IMG/VR virus record: IMGVR_UViG_3300036846_000476
Coordinates: 1 to 59,543 of that record
Source: a virus
Lineage: Duplodnaviria; Caudoviricetes
Length of the DNA stretch: 59,543 bases
Reading direction: 5' to 3' (one strand)
Shown: positions 28,983 through 38,107 of the stretch, one piece after another
How the letters are laid out: each line of letters opens with the position of its first letter
Position numbering within the stretch: the first letter of the stretch is position 1
Program-made: the position numbers and the translations under genes
The notes under the pieces: generated by a model
What the model was told of the DNA's origin: nothing
Databases searched by the model: none
What the model saw: only the letters and a program-made list of their open reading frames with translations

Positions 28983-30382
28983 ATCTCCGCCAGGGTTTTA
29001 ACTTTATCTGCAAGTTCAACAACCGCGCCCCACAGCACGGCAACCAACTCATTGTACGCCAGCATCTCCCTATCACCCTCGACACGGTGCGCGCCAAACT
29101 CATGACCAAGCTCACGCATGGCAGCGCCGACATCCTGGGCGATGAACCCCCAATGCTGCGTCTCGGTGTCAGTACCTTTTAGGTGACGATACGATTTAGG
29201 CTGAACCCGGCGCACCAGCTCCAGGCAATCGATAGGCGACACTTCGTTTATATCGGTTTTTAATTTCGCGTCCGATAATGTATCAAATGCGTAACTGTAA
29301 ACATTACCCCAAGCGGCGCCGGGAAGACCGCTCGCGCAGTTGTTATCCGAGGTGGGGTAGCTATTACTATCAGACAAAAAGGTGTTAGAGCGGGTTGCGC
29401 CACTACAATGATAATCCGCACAAAAAAGCGAACCGCTAGCGACATTCAAACTGTTGCTGACGGTAAGACCGCCGTCAATCGTCCCCGCACCCGTCGCGTG
29501 AAGAGCAGCAGTCGTCAAGCCACCATCGATATTCCCGGCACCCGTCGCGTGAAAACTCGTAGTAGTAACACCGTTGCCGAAGCTAGCAGCACCTCCAGAG
29601 GCCAAAGTGCCATTAACCTGAAGGTTGCCATCAACATTCCCGTTACTGGTGACATGAAGAGTGCCAGTCGTAATAAGACCGGCAGCTTGAAAGTTACCGT
29701 TCATATAACCAGACTGTGCCCACACACCACCGTTCGGCGCATAGAGGGCAGTACTGCTAGCGGAATTAACTTGGGTTGTCGAACCATCAAACCCACCATT
29801 TGGTGCATAAAACGCAGCAGCGTTAGCGACGTTGGTTTGAAAGATGTTCGAGGATACGACATTGCCACCAGTGACGGTGCCCCCTGTTGAGATATTGGCG
29901 CCAGAGATAGTCCCGGAAGATACTGTTAGGTTACCGGAAGATACTGTCAGTGCCCCAGAAAGCGTACCGCCGCTTAATGGAAGATAGCCGCCCAATGAAC
30001 TATTCAATTGTTGCAAGGGTACCGGATTGAGACCACTCGTGGCATTGCCGCTGAGCAGGAGCGGACCGGTAAGCGTACCACCGGTTAATGGCAGGTAACT
30101 AGCAAGAGCAGCAACATCACCGAGGAACGCCACCCTCTTGGTCGAGGTGTTAATCGAAAATACCGACGCCCACTCAGCCGCGACATAGGTTGGAGAAGCT
30201 ACCGGAACCACGCACATGCGCAGCGTCGCAGGTGCTGCGCTAGTGTCGACCCACTGCTTATAAATTCGCGCATTGCTATGCGCGGATTTTGGCGGAACGG
30301 TACCAGGGCTCAGCTCAAGATCGAGGTTCAGATCCGACGCAAGCAGGCGATCCTTCTGGAGGTACGGATAGGAAGCGCCCAT
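28979..30382 (-). CDS. Tail fibre with C-terminal peptidase S74 chaperone
   Basis: YLPLTGGTL repeats; beta-helix-like repeats; SDAKLKTDI...GFIAQDV...YNELVAVL. Confidence 0.85.
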   Translation of the reverse strand: MGASYPYLQKDRLLASDLNLDLELSPGTVPPKSAHSNARIYKQWVDTSAAPATLRMCVVPVASPTYVAAEWASVFSINTSTKRVAFLGDVAALASYLPLTGGTLTGPLLLSGNATSGLNPVPLQQLNSSLGGYLPLSGGTLSGALTVSSGNLTVSSGTISGANISTGGTVTGGNVVSSNIFQTNVANAAAFYAPNGGFDGSTTQVNSASSTALYAPNGGVWAQSGYMNGNFQAAGLITTGTLHVTSNGNVDGNLQVNGTLASGGAASFGNGVTTTSFHATGAGNIDGGLTTAALHATGAGTIDGGLTVSNSLNVASGSLFCADYHCSGATRSNTFLSDSNSYPTSDNNCASGLPGAAWGNVYSYAFDTLSDAKLKTDINEVSPIDCLELVRRVQPKSYRHLKGTDTETQHWGFIAQDVGAAMRELGHEFGAHRVEGDREMLAYNELVAVLWGAVVELADKVKTLAEI

Positions 30383-31170
30383 CAGCCAAGCATCCCATAG
30401 CGGTTAATCAGGACGATCCACTGGCTACCAGTCCACTCAAACCTCAGATCATCGTGGTTAATGTCGCTGACATAACTCATAGCGCCTTCGATCGTATCCC
30501 CCGGCGCAGCGGTGTAGGTCACCGGGTAGGTGGCAAAGTTACCGTTGATATCGACCGGCGAGATCACCTGCAGCGGTGTCGCCGCCGCCGGCAGCGTGAT
30601 CGTCATCGGGGCGTTCGAGCCATTCTCGACGTACACACGACCGGCATAACCCTGCGGGATCGTCGCATTGCCACCGGTGAGGATCAGCGGCGGCGTCAAC
30701 GCATCCGGGTCGACATCCATATTGCGAACCAGCCCCGGATTGAGCGGTTCCTCGATCGTCACCAACAAATCGAGCTGCTTGCGGCGCCGGGTCGTTGATC
30801 CGGTGACTGTCAATGACACGACATAGGTGAGTTGCGGCGTACCAGCCCCGAGTCGCATCTGAACCTGGTTGGAAAGACCAGTGATCGACACATCGACGAC
30901 TGATAACGGATACTCGTCTACAGGTACATCGGTGGCGCTGGTATTATCCAGCGGATAATCAGTCTGCCACTGTGGAAGCTGCAGGTTAGGCTGAGCCAGG
31001 ATCACCGGGTAACTGACGAGCGAAATATCTTCAGGCGGCGAAGTCTCTTCCAGCCAGCAGGTCAGGTCGTACACGACCCGGATGATATCCAGGTTCTCCT
31101 TCCCCACCGGTCCGTAGGGCTGGAGATCGTCCGGCATTGGACTAAAATAATAATCGGTACCCGCAGCCAT
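30382..31170 (-). CDS. Fibre-tail adaptor-like structural protein
   Basis: Position between adaptors and fibre; K...D...YD...WL N-terminal pattern. Confidence 0.55.
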   Translation of the reverse strand: MAAGTDYYFSPMPDDLQPYGPVGKENLDIIRVVYDLTCWLEETSPPEDISLVSYPVILAQPNLQLPQWQTDYPLDNTSATDVPVDEYPLSVVDVSITGLSNQVQMRLGAGTPQLTYVVSLTVTGSTTRRRKQLDLLVTIEEPLNPGLVRNMDVDPDALTPPLILTGGNATIPQGYAGRVYVENGSNAPMTITLPAAATPLQVISPVDINGNFATYPVTYTAAPGDTIEGAMSYVSDINHDDLRFEWTGSQWIVLINRYGMLG

Positions 31171-31802
31171 CAGTAGATCCCCTTCGGGTGCCCCGTCGCG
31201 AAATACGGGAACCGCCAGAGGACACCATCAGTCACGTTGCCGCTCTGCACGCGGGCGCGCGCCTGGGCGATGCCACGGGCATACATCGAGAAATGCAGCC
31301 GGGCACCCTGAACGTCGGAATAGGGCTTCTGCGGCTGCATGAGGAGCCGGTACATCACCCCGGCCAACAACGCCTCGAAATGGTCGGTCCAGATGTCGTA
31401 AGGCAGGGCGACGTTCACGTTTGCTGGTTTCAAAGCCAACAATATCTCACCGTTCCTGACATTGGTGGGAACAGGCGAAGCCAGGTCCCGTATCCGGCCT
31501 GGCGGCTCAAACTTGACGTTGCTTAGCCCCTTAAACTGGAGAAACTTACACACCCGCCAATTTTGATCGAACGGGTCAAAATTTAAGGTGAGAACCCCGG
31601 GGTTCATCTGCCAATAGATATGCTCGCGTCGGATCGTCGAGCGCTGGTAAAAGTCCTGGATCGTATTCCACGACTGCATCAGCACCATGTCGGAGGTCAC
31701 GCCCGGCACCATCGCCTGCACGTTATCGAACAGGCGGTTGATGTCAGGATCGGAACCGACCCAGCTCGGCTCGTCGCAAACCGGCACCGGGCTCGTCGTC
31801 AT
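31170..31802 (-). CDS. Head-tail adaptor / tail tubular protein A-like
   Basis: L..G.MYRL.MQP.KPYSD motif; position after capsid. Confidence 0.6.
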   Translation of the reverse strand: MTTSPVPVCDEPSWVGSDPDINRLFDNVQAMVPGVTSDMVLMQSWNTIQDFYQRSTIRREHIYWQMNPGVLTLNFDPFDQNWRVCKFLQFKGLSNVKFEPPGRIRDLASPVPTNVRNGEILLALKPANVNVALPYDIWTDHFEALLAGVMYRLLMQPQKPYSDVQGARLHFSMYARGIAQARARVQSGNVTDGVLWRFPYFATGHPKGIY

Positions 31803-32176
31803 GACGCCGTCCTCAGCAGCTGCGAGACAAACTTGTTCATCAGCGTGACCGCACGCCCATTATCGGCGAAGGTGTCCTCGATCAACTCAGCGCGGCCCAC
31901 CAGATAGAACAGCAGCGGGGAATAGAACTGGTCCTCGATGGGGAACACCTGATCGACGTCGGCAGGCATCTGGTACTTGGGTAGGGCCAAGCGCAAACCG
32001 TAGGTCAGGAACGCGTCCGGCCGCTTGGCGCGCACCTCGAGCAGCGCCTCGTTAAGGATGTTCACCAGGTTACTATCGGTGAAGCGCGGCGCACCCGAGA
32101 TCGGCAGGGTGTCGTTCAACACCTCGCGGGCCTCGGCCAGGAGCGCGCCAACCGTGCGCGTCGCATACGTCGCCAT
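31799..32176 (-). CDS. Head-tail connector-like protein
   Basis: AR..LND...RF.D..L...LNEAL.E....RPDAF pattern. Confidence 0.65.
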   Translation of the reverse strand: MATYATRTVGALLAEAREVLNDTLPISGAPRFTDSNLVNILNEALLEVRAKRPDAFLTYGLRLALPKYQMPADVDQVFPIEDQFYSPLLFYLVGRAELIEDTFADNGRAVTLMNKFVSQLLRTAS

Positions 32177-32193
32177 TTAGTACCTCGTACTAA
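32177..32193. repeat. Motif A 17-bp variant TTAGTAC-CTC-GTACTAA; centre reads GAGG on the minus strand (RBS of 31799..32176)
   Basis: Read directly; ends immediately before the ATG. Confidence 0.85.
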
Positions 32194-32252
32194 CCGGATG
32201 GTGCGCTTGTCGTCACACCCGGAGGGAGGAGCGCACCACCCGGACCCGATAC

Positions 32253-32265
32253 TATAGAACCTATA
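32253..32265. promoter_or_regulatory. Motif B TATAG-AAC-CTATA with extended arms CCGATA...TATCGG
   Basis: Read directly; just after the capsid stop. Confidence 0.7.
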
Positions 32266-32273
32266 ATATCGGA

Positions 32274-33227
32274 TTACTTCGGCGCCGCGTATAGCTCGAC
32301 GATGGTCTTCCCGTCGATGACCTTGGCACCGTAGACCTGCAAACCACGCAGCAACGAGCCGAAAGTGATCTCTGACCGCAGCGTCTCAACGTTCGAGAGC
32401 TGGCTGGCAAAGGTCAGCCCCGCAGAGTGGCCGGCAAAGATCCTGCTCACCTTGTGGGTCGTGTCGGTCACGGTCGGCAACAGGTTCGAGCTATAAAGCG
32501 TGTACCGGTCGATCATGCCCAACCTACCATTTCTCACGAGAGAAATGCCATCGCCCGAGATCGACGCGTTGCGCAGATCGGACTTTTTGATCATCGCGCC
32601 CATCCAGGGCGGGATGACCATCCAGCGACCGGTCTCGGGGATGTTGTACTCGTCGAGGCACTGCCCGCTATCGACGATCATATTAATGATCGTCGTCGGG
32701 TCCGGGATCAACGGCGCCCCGGTAGCACCGAGATTGATGTTCTGCGAAATTGCCCCTGCCGTTGCGCCCTTGTTGAACGCGTCGATGCCAGCGTCGATCA
32801 GATTGAGCACCGAGGTGTCGATCTGGATCTTCATCTGCTCCGAGGCGTCGTCCGCCCACATCGACAGCAGCTCCATATCCGACTGCAGCCGCATCACGTC
32901 GTCGAGCACCAGGTTAAAGTACTTGGCGTAGTCGATCGTCAGCTCGACGGTTTGACCGGACGGACGGTCGACCGTCAGCGCCATGTCGATCTGGTAGTCG
33001 TGAATGGTGATCGTGGGCTTGGTGCGGATCTTCACCTTGTCGCCCATGTTGCGGATCTCACCCTCATAGTCAGTGTTTGAGATCGCGGCCAACACTGTGG
33101 CGGCATAGAACTTCTCGATCAGCTTACCCGACCAAATTTCCGGGATGAATACACCACCGGCTGGCGCGCCAGAATAGGCAGGGTTTGCAGCTACACCGGA
33201 ATACGGCGTACCTTGAGCAATAGCCAT
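32274..33227 (-). CDS. Major capsid protein
   Basis: FIPEIWSGKL...SNTDYEGEI...GDKVKIR and LRGLQVYGAKV podovirus capsid signature. Confidence 0.9.
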   Translation of the reverse strand: MAIAQGTPYSGVAANPAYSGAPAGGVFIPEIWSGKLIEKFYAATVLAAISNTDYEGEIRNMGDKVKIRTKPTITIHDYQIDMALTVDRPSGQTVELTIDYAKYFNLVLDDVMRLQSDMELLSMWADDASEQMKIQIDTSVLNLIDAGIDAFNKGATAGAISQNINLGATGAPLIPDPTTIINMIVDSGQCLDEYNIPETGRWMVIPPWMGAMIKKSDLRNASISGDGISLVRNGRLGMIDRYTLYSSNLLPTVTDTTHKVSRIFAGHSAGLTFASQLSNVETLRSEITFGSLLRGLQVYGAKVIDGKTIVELYAAPK

Positions 33228-33245
33228 TGGTTCGGCCTCCGAAGA

Positions 33246-34283
33246 CTAAGCATTGCGGATGCGTCCTTCGGATGCCGCGGCAAAGATATCGCGTTCGAGC
33301 CGATCGGCTTCAGCTTCCCGGCCCCGGTATCTTCCCCTGGTGCGGTCATCGTAGAACGCCTGGATATCGCGGTTAGTCCAGATGCGTTGTTCAGGAGCGC
33401 CGGGTCCGGGTGTCGCAGCGCTGCTGCGGCCCGGGGCTGCAAACGCAGTCAAGTCCATTGAACCCGCTACCGCCCCATTGGGTGGCGGCGTCTGGGTTGA
33501 ACCTGACGAAGTTTGCGGCAGAGGTGCGGTATGCTCGGTGAGGTAACGCTTAAAAAACAGACCAGTGCGAACCGCATCGCCACTGGCATAGGCGTGGTTG
33601 AGCATCACTTGACGTGACACTCCACTCAACGGCTCAATCTCGGCAAGCCACTGAATAAATGCCGCGTCCTCGTTAAGCTGTCGCCAATGCGGCGCCAGCT
33701 CAGGGTCGCGGTCCAATGCTACCTGCACCCGGTCTTGGGTGCGATCCTTCGCAGTCTTGTCCTGGGTGCCCTTCAGATCGTCGATCTGGCGGCGAAGATC
33801 CTGAACCACCGGTCCCAAGCGCGCCTCGGCCCAGCGCTGCGCACTCTCGATCAGCTCGGGCCCATAAGCCGCCACATCCTCGTCAGACACCGTCACCGAC
33901 ATCCCTGGCGCCGGTGGCGCTGGTGTCGGTGGCGGCGGATTGCGCATCGCGCCGATGACACTCTCAAGGCCGGAAACTTGCGATCTGAGTTGCGGTATCT
34001 CGCGGTCATACTTGCCCTGCAAGGTGCGGTAACGGTGTTCCCAGGTATCGGGCTGCGGCGGCGTTGCCAGAGGCAGCTCGGGCTCCGCTGGTAATACTAC
34101 AGTTCCTGTATTATCGGGCTCCTGGGTTCCTTCCCGCTCAGCCTTGGCCTGTGCCGCCAGCTCTTCGGCGCGCTGAGCTGCGCGCCGAACCGCTGCTGGG
34201 GGTTTGGGCGTGTAGTCGACGACGCTCGAACCGACCGGTCCAGCCGGCGGCGCTTCATGGGTGGCAATTTCGGCGTCAGCCAT
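33246..34283 (-). CDS. Scaffolding protein
   Basis: Upstream of capsid; WEHRYRTLQGKY coiled coil; C-terminal IFAAASEGRI. Confidence 0.75.
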   Translation of the reverse strand: MADAEIATHEAPPAGPVGSSVVDYTPKPPAAVRRAAQRAEELAAQAKAEREGTQEPDNTGTVVLPAEPELPLATPPQPDTWEHRYRTLQGKYDREIPQLRSQVSGLESVIGAMRNPPPPTPAPPAPGMSVTVSDEDVAAYGPELIESAQRWAEARLGPVVQDLRRQIDDLKGTQDKTAKDRTQDRVQVALDRDPELAPHWRQLNEDAAFIQWLAEIEPLSGVSRQVMLNHAYASGDAVRTGLFFKRYLTEHTAPLPQTSSGSTQTPPPNGAVAGSMDLTAFAAPGRSSAATPGPGAPEQRIWTNRDIQAFYDDRTRGRYRGREAEADRLERDIFAAASEGRIRNA

Positions 34284-34543
34284 TAACCCGCTTTCCTATC
34301 AAGCGCCGGCTTGGTGCGGGCTGCGATTGCACCCTGACCGGGACCGGCCTCGGCGGCGTCAATCGCCCACACCAGATCACGCATCGCCTGGGCGTAACCG
34401 CAGGCCTGCTTGTCACCGCTCTCGACGGCAGCGTGCATGAACTTGGTCATGTGCTCGATCAAGCCCGACTTGTAGGCACGCCATTCCGGCGTGCCTTTGA
34501 GCGCGATGACCGCCTCGAACGCTGCAGGTGTCAGACTGAGCAC
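34283..34543 (-). CDS. Hypothetical head-module protein
   Basis: Coupled to scaffold; GGAGG RBS. Confidence 0.65.
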   Translation of the reverse strand: MLSLTPAAFEAVIALKGTPEWRAYKSGLIEHMTKFMHAAVESGDKQACGYAQAMRDLVWAIDAAEAGPGQGAIAARTKPALDRKAG

Positions 34544-34879
34544 CTACATTCCTCCCATGTCTCCACCACCACTGCCACTACCGCCAGCGGTAGTGGCAGT
34601 AGGTTCGGTGCCGCCCTCCAAACCGGGGAACCCCGCATTCTTGCCGTAGTGGTTGAACCCGTGTGCCAACTGCGAGCCACCCATCTTGGTGCTCCCAGCG
34701 CCACGCATTCCCAGAATGTTGCCAAGGTTCTGCAGGCGTAAGCTTTTGCCAACCGGTGACGGAAAGCCCTTCTGCGGCGCACCGGCTTCGTTGCCGGACA
34801 TTGGGGGCAGATAAGAGGGGGTGCTAATCCCCCCCATGCCACCCATCTTGGGCACCGGCATGCCCATGCTGCGCGCCAT
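34544..34879 (-). CDS. Gly/Met-rich low-complexity protein
   Basis: GGAG RBS; TGATG coupling. Confidence 0.6.
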   Translation of the reverse strand: MARSMGMPVPKMGGMGGISTPSYLPPMSGNEAGAPQKGFPSPVGKSLRLQNLGNILGMRGAGSTKMGGSQLAHGFNHYGKNAGFPGLEGGTEPTATTAGGSGSGGGDMGGM

Positions 34880-35208
34880 CAGTATTCTCCAGCCTTGCGC
34901 CGCGAGGGCATGCCCTCGTCTTCGTCACGGCCGGTGGCTGGGTTCACCCCGCCAACATAGAGATCGGTGGGGGCGCCGGGCCGGTACGCCGCGCCATCTT
35001 TCAGGATCGACTTACCCTTCGGATACATCCGGCCGCTGCCAGTCGGACCCATGCCGCTATCACTCATAGCGGCACCGCCCATTGCCCGGTCGCTCTGGAC
35101 CTTCATCGACTCCTGCTTGTCCTCGTCCTCGTTCATCGCGTCGCCACTCGAGGTCTTCGGGTAGCTCTGCCGTGTGGCGTCGCCAACCCCACTGTCGGTA
35201 CCGCGCAT
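34879..35208 (-). CDS. Gly/Asp/Ser-rich low-complexity protein
   Basis: AGGAGG RBS next to motif A. Confidence 0.65.
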   Translation of the reverse strand: MRGTDSGVGDATRQSYPKTSSGDAMNEDEDKQESMKVQSDRAMGGAAMSDSGMGPTGSGRMYPKGKSILKDGAAYRPGAPTDLYVGGVNPATGRDEDEGMPSRRKAGEY

Positions 35209-35218
35209 CAGATCCTCC

Positions 35219-35234
35219 TTAGTACCGGTACTAA
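35219..35234. repeat. Motif A (exact; extends to 18 bp), intergenic after portal
   Basis: Read directly. Confidence 0.97.
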
Positions 35235-35239
35235 GATTT

Positions 35240-37468
35240 TCATTGCGTCACCGTGTTGGTCCGGGGCGCAGCATTCTGCATGGTCGGTGATTGAGGCATC
35301 GAGGGCTGCATGCCCTGCGCCTGCGCAGCGGCGTCCGCCACCGGGGACGCCGGCGCTGGCGGTGCGGAACTATCCCCGCCGGGTGCCGCCGGTGACGGAC
35401 CACCGGCACCGGCGCCACCAGCAGCGCCACCAGTACCGGCATTCTTATTCATGTTTGCAGCCATCAACGTCAGCTGCATCTGCTTCTCGTCCTGAGCCTG
35501 CTGCTGGACCGTGTCGTCATCTGGAACTACATCGTCTGGTAGTCCCAGATCGCTCGACACTGCGCGCAACACACGAGCACGACCGACCTCGCCGACGATC
35601 TTGGCGTCGAGCGGGTTGGCGGTGAGCTGCAAAAACTGCAAACGTTTTTGCTGCTCGGTGTCCTTCTGCAAGGCCACCACCACGCCATTGACCTTGATCT
35701 GCTCGTCACCAGTCAAAAGACCAGATTGATCCGTCAGCATCAGCATGTCGTAGAGGTTGGTCAGAACGCCCCGGATCACATCCTCGTCGACATTCGCCGC
35801 CACCGTCTGCAGAACCTTCTGAGCGTTGCCCATCAGCATCGACAGACCAGATGCAGTGCGACCGGCGCCGCCCTTCAAACTCTCACCGGTGAGGTAACGT
35901 GGGATCGCGGATATATCATCCGCGAGCCCAGAAATCGCCGAGTAGATGGTCATCAGCTCCTGGGCGTTGGACTGCGGCTGAAAGAAATCCACCGGCGGAC
36001 GCTGCTGACCCAGCGGGTCAGACATCACCTTCCAGCGCTTCCAGGGGTATAAGTTATCTTCGTCCGTATCCGGACTTAACAACTCGGTGTTGATGACGAC
36101 CTGCGGCCCCGACGAAATCGACATGTTGTTGACCAGCGAGCGCAGAGACGCGTTAGCGATCTCCTGCATGTCCTCCAGAATATCCGGCAGGCCGTGACCG
36201 GCGATCGAACCCGGAACCTTCTCGAAGCTGGTGACATAATAGGGGTGCCGTTGGCGCGGGTTGGGCTGGATCTGGGTCTTGATGGTGTAGCGCCCAACCA
36301 CCCAGCTCTGCACCATGTAGTCCCGATCCAAATCCTGGATCTGTTCTCTGGGTACCCCGTTGTCGAGCAGCACCCGGCCCTGCACCATGCCGTGGTACTC
36401 GGCAGCGTCGATCAGCTGCGACTGGTTTTGTGACGGGCTTTCCCGCCCTGCGAGCAGCGCGCTCTCGACATCGGGCGTGTCCATCCAGTCGCGCAGCCCC
36501 CGGGCATAGTCCTCGAGCGCACCGCGGATGGCGTCCTGGTTGTAGCCCGGCAGGTTCATGACTTGGTTCAAGTCATTGCGGGTGAGCTTCTTGCGCTCGA
36601 TCAGCTCAGCGCTCTCGATGCTGGCAGCGCCTGGGTCCCAATAGAGGTTCTGGCAGTCGATCCGCTCCCAGCACATCTGCGGCACGGTCTGGACGCTGGC
36701 CTGGCGCTGCCCGCCGGCGTTGCTCCACACCAGCTTGGGCACCATGCGGACCGTCGGACCCTTGATGCAGGCGAACGGGCGTAAGGGGAGGTCAACCAGG
36801 AACTCAGACAGCGCGTCGTAGAACCCACCCGCCTGCAGGATGTCGTCCATCCTATCGGCGGCACCCTCAGCCTGCGTCATCGCCTGGCGCAGCGCCGCCT
36901 GCTGCGCGCCATGCACCAGGCCGAGATACCTGCCGTGGGTGGTTTCAGGGTCGACATCCTGGCCCTGAGCCTTGGCCTGCGCCGCTTCCGAGGCCACCAG
37001 CTGCGCGATCGCCGCCATGATCGAAGCAGGGACGGGAGGATCAGGCTGGGGCTGCACGTCCCACGGACGCTCAGCGCTGAGATACACGTCTCTCAGCAGA
37101 GACGTGGCGCCGCGGCACTTAACCGCGACCAACCTCGAATAAACGATTGAGCCGCCGAACTTGACGATCTCGGCCAGCTTTTGCGGATCGTACTGGCCCT
37201 CGAACATCCGCTGCGCCCGCAGCATGCGGTTGTTCAGCGAGTTGTGGCCCATGTTGCGCTGGTTGCGGAAGTGCATCCAGCGCATGCGGATGTAGTGGCC
37301 CAGGTCGAGGTCGTTGATCTGCGGCCGGTTGGCCTGGCTCAAACGGGCAAGGTTAGCTTGCTCGTCGGCGTTGAGTTCCCCAGGGGAAACCACACGCAAA
37401 AACCCCTGGCCCCGTAACGTGCTTACGGGCGGGGACGATGCGGTGAGGCCAGGCAGTGCTTGCGGCAA
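35240..37468 (-). CDS. Portal protein
   Basis: 742 aa; G.GLP..L.D.Q..AN, ISSGPQ, GAGRTASGLSMLM; heads the virion operon. Confidence 0.85.
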   Translation of the reverse strand: MPQALPGLTASSPPVSTLRGQGFLRVVSPGELNADEQANLARLSQANRPQINDLDLGHYIRMRWMHFRNQRNMGHNSLNNRMLRAQRMFEGQYDPQKLAEIVKFGGSIVYSRLVAVKCRGATSLLRDVYLSAERPWDVQPQPDPPVPASIMAAIAQLVASEAAQAKAQGQDVDPETTHGRYLGLVHGAQQAALRQAMTQAEGAADRMDDILQAGGFYDALSEFLVDLPLRPFACIKGPTVRMVPKLVWSNAGGQRQASVQTVPQMCWERIDCQNLYWDPGAASIESAELIERKKLTRNDLNQVMNLPGYNQDAIRGALEDYARGLRDWMDTPDVESALLAGRESPSQNQSQLIDAAEYHGMVQGRVLLDNGVPREQIQDLDRDYMVQSWVVGRYTIKTQIQPNPRQRHPYYVTSFEKVPGSIAGHGLPDILEDMQEIANASLRSLVNNMSISSGPQVVINTELLSPDTDEDNLYPWKRWKVMSDPLGQQRPPVDFFQPQSNAQELMTIYSAISGLADDISAIPRYLTGESLKGGAGRTASGLSMLMGNAQKVLQTVAANVDEDVIRGVLTNLYDMLMLTDQSGLLTGDEQIKVNGVVVALQKDTEQQKRLQFLQLTANPLDAKIVGEVGRARVLRAVSSDLGLPDDVVPDDDTVQQQAQDEKQMQLTLMAANMNKNAGTGGAAGGAGAGGPSPAAPGGDSSAPPAPASPVADAAAQAQGMQPSMPQSPTMQNAAPRTNTVTQ

Positions 37469-37486
37469 TCCGCCGATCCTCGTAAA

Positions 37487-37499
37487 TATAGTTCCTATA
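37487..37499. promoter_or_regulatory. Motif B TATAG-TTC-CTATA in the portal/terminase divergent gap
   Basis: Read directly; perfect arms. Confidence 0.72.
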
Positions 37500-37532
37500 G
37501 ACTAAGCACAATCAGCCAGCCTCTGCAACACC

Positions 37533-38105
37533 ATGAATGACGACGCCGATCCGGTAGACCAGGTCGTGGTCCTCCACGACAACCCGGAACTCGACGACGC
37601 CCTCATCCTGCGCCTCCAGTACGATCTCGCCGCCAAGATCCACACCTACCAGGAGATCGCGGTCCGCTACGGATTGAGATCCGTAGCGGGGTTGTTCGAG
37701 TACCTGACAGACCACCCGACCGTCACGACGGGGGTCAAGAAGATCAGGGCGGTCTGGGAGAGCGAGGAGAACGCCGAGATCAGGGTGAGGCAGAAGGCAC
37801 TACAGGCGGCCGAGCACCTAATCGCACCCACGGCAGGGATCGCAGCCAACCCGAACATCAACGTCCAGGCGCGCATAGACGCCTTCAAGCAGCTCGCCAG
37901 AGTGGGGGGCGTGGACGGACTGCCAATGAGCGCAAAACAGCAGGGGGCAGGTGGCACCGCCTTCACGCTCAACATCCTGTTCCGCGACGGCACCAAGGAA
38001 CAGCTGACGGTTAGTACCGGTACTAACGAGGTAGATGGCGCTGCTGGCAGCGCCATCACCCAACTCACCCCCGACGACGCACCGGAATACGACGAGGAAG
38101 TGTAG
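37533..38105 (+). CDS. Terminase small subunit (putative)
   Basis: N-terminal HTH (QEIAVRYGL), acidic tail, directly upstream of TerL. Confidence 0.7.
   Translation: MNDDADPVDQVVVLHDNPELDDALILRLQYDLAAKIHTYQEIAVRYGLRSVAGLFEYLTDHPTVTTGVKKIRAVWESEENAEIRVRQKALQAAEHLIAPTAGIAANPNINVQARIDAFKQLARVGGVDGLPMSAKQQGAGGTAFTLNILFRDGTKEQLTVSTGTNEVDGAAGSAITQLTPDDAPEYDEEV
38011..38026. repeat. Motif A (exact), in-frame in TerS tail (VSTGTN)
   Basis: Read directly. Confidence 0.97.
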
Positions 38106-38107
38106 CG

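Noticed and set aside
23616-30382. Diversity-generating retroelement or shufflon acting on the fibres
   Set aside because: No reverse transcriptase, no template/variable repeat pair and no invertase seen
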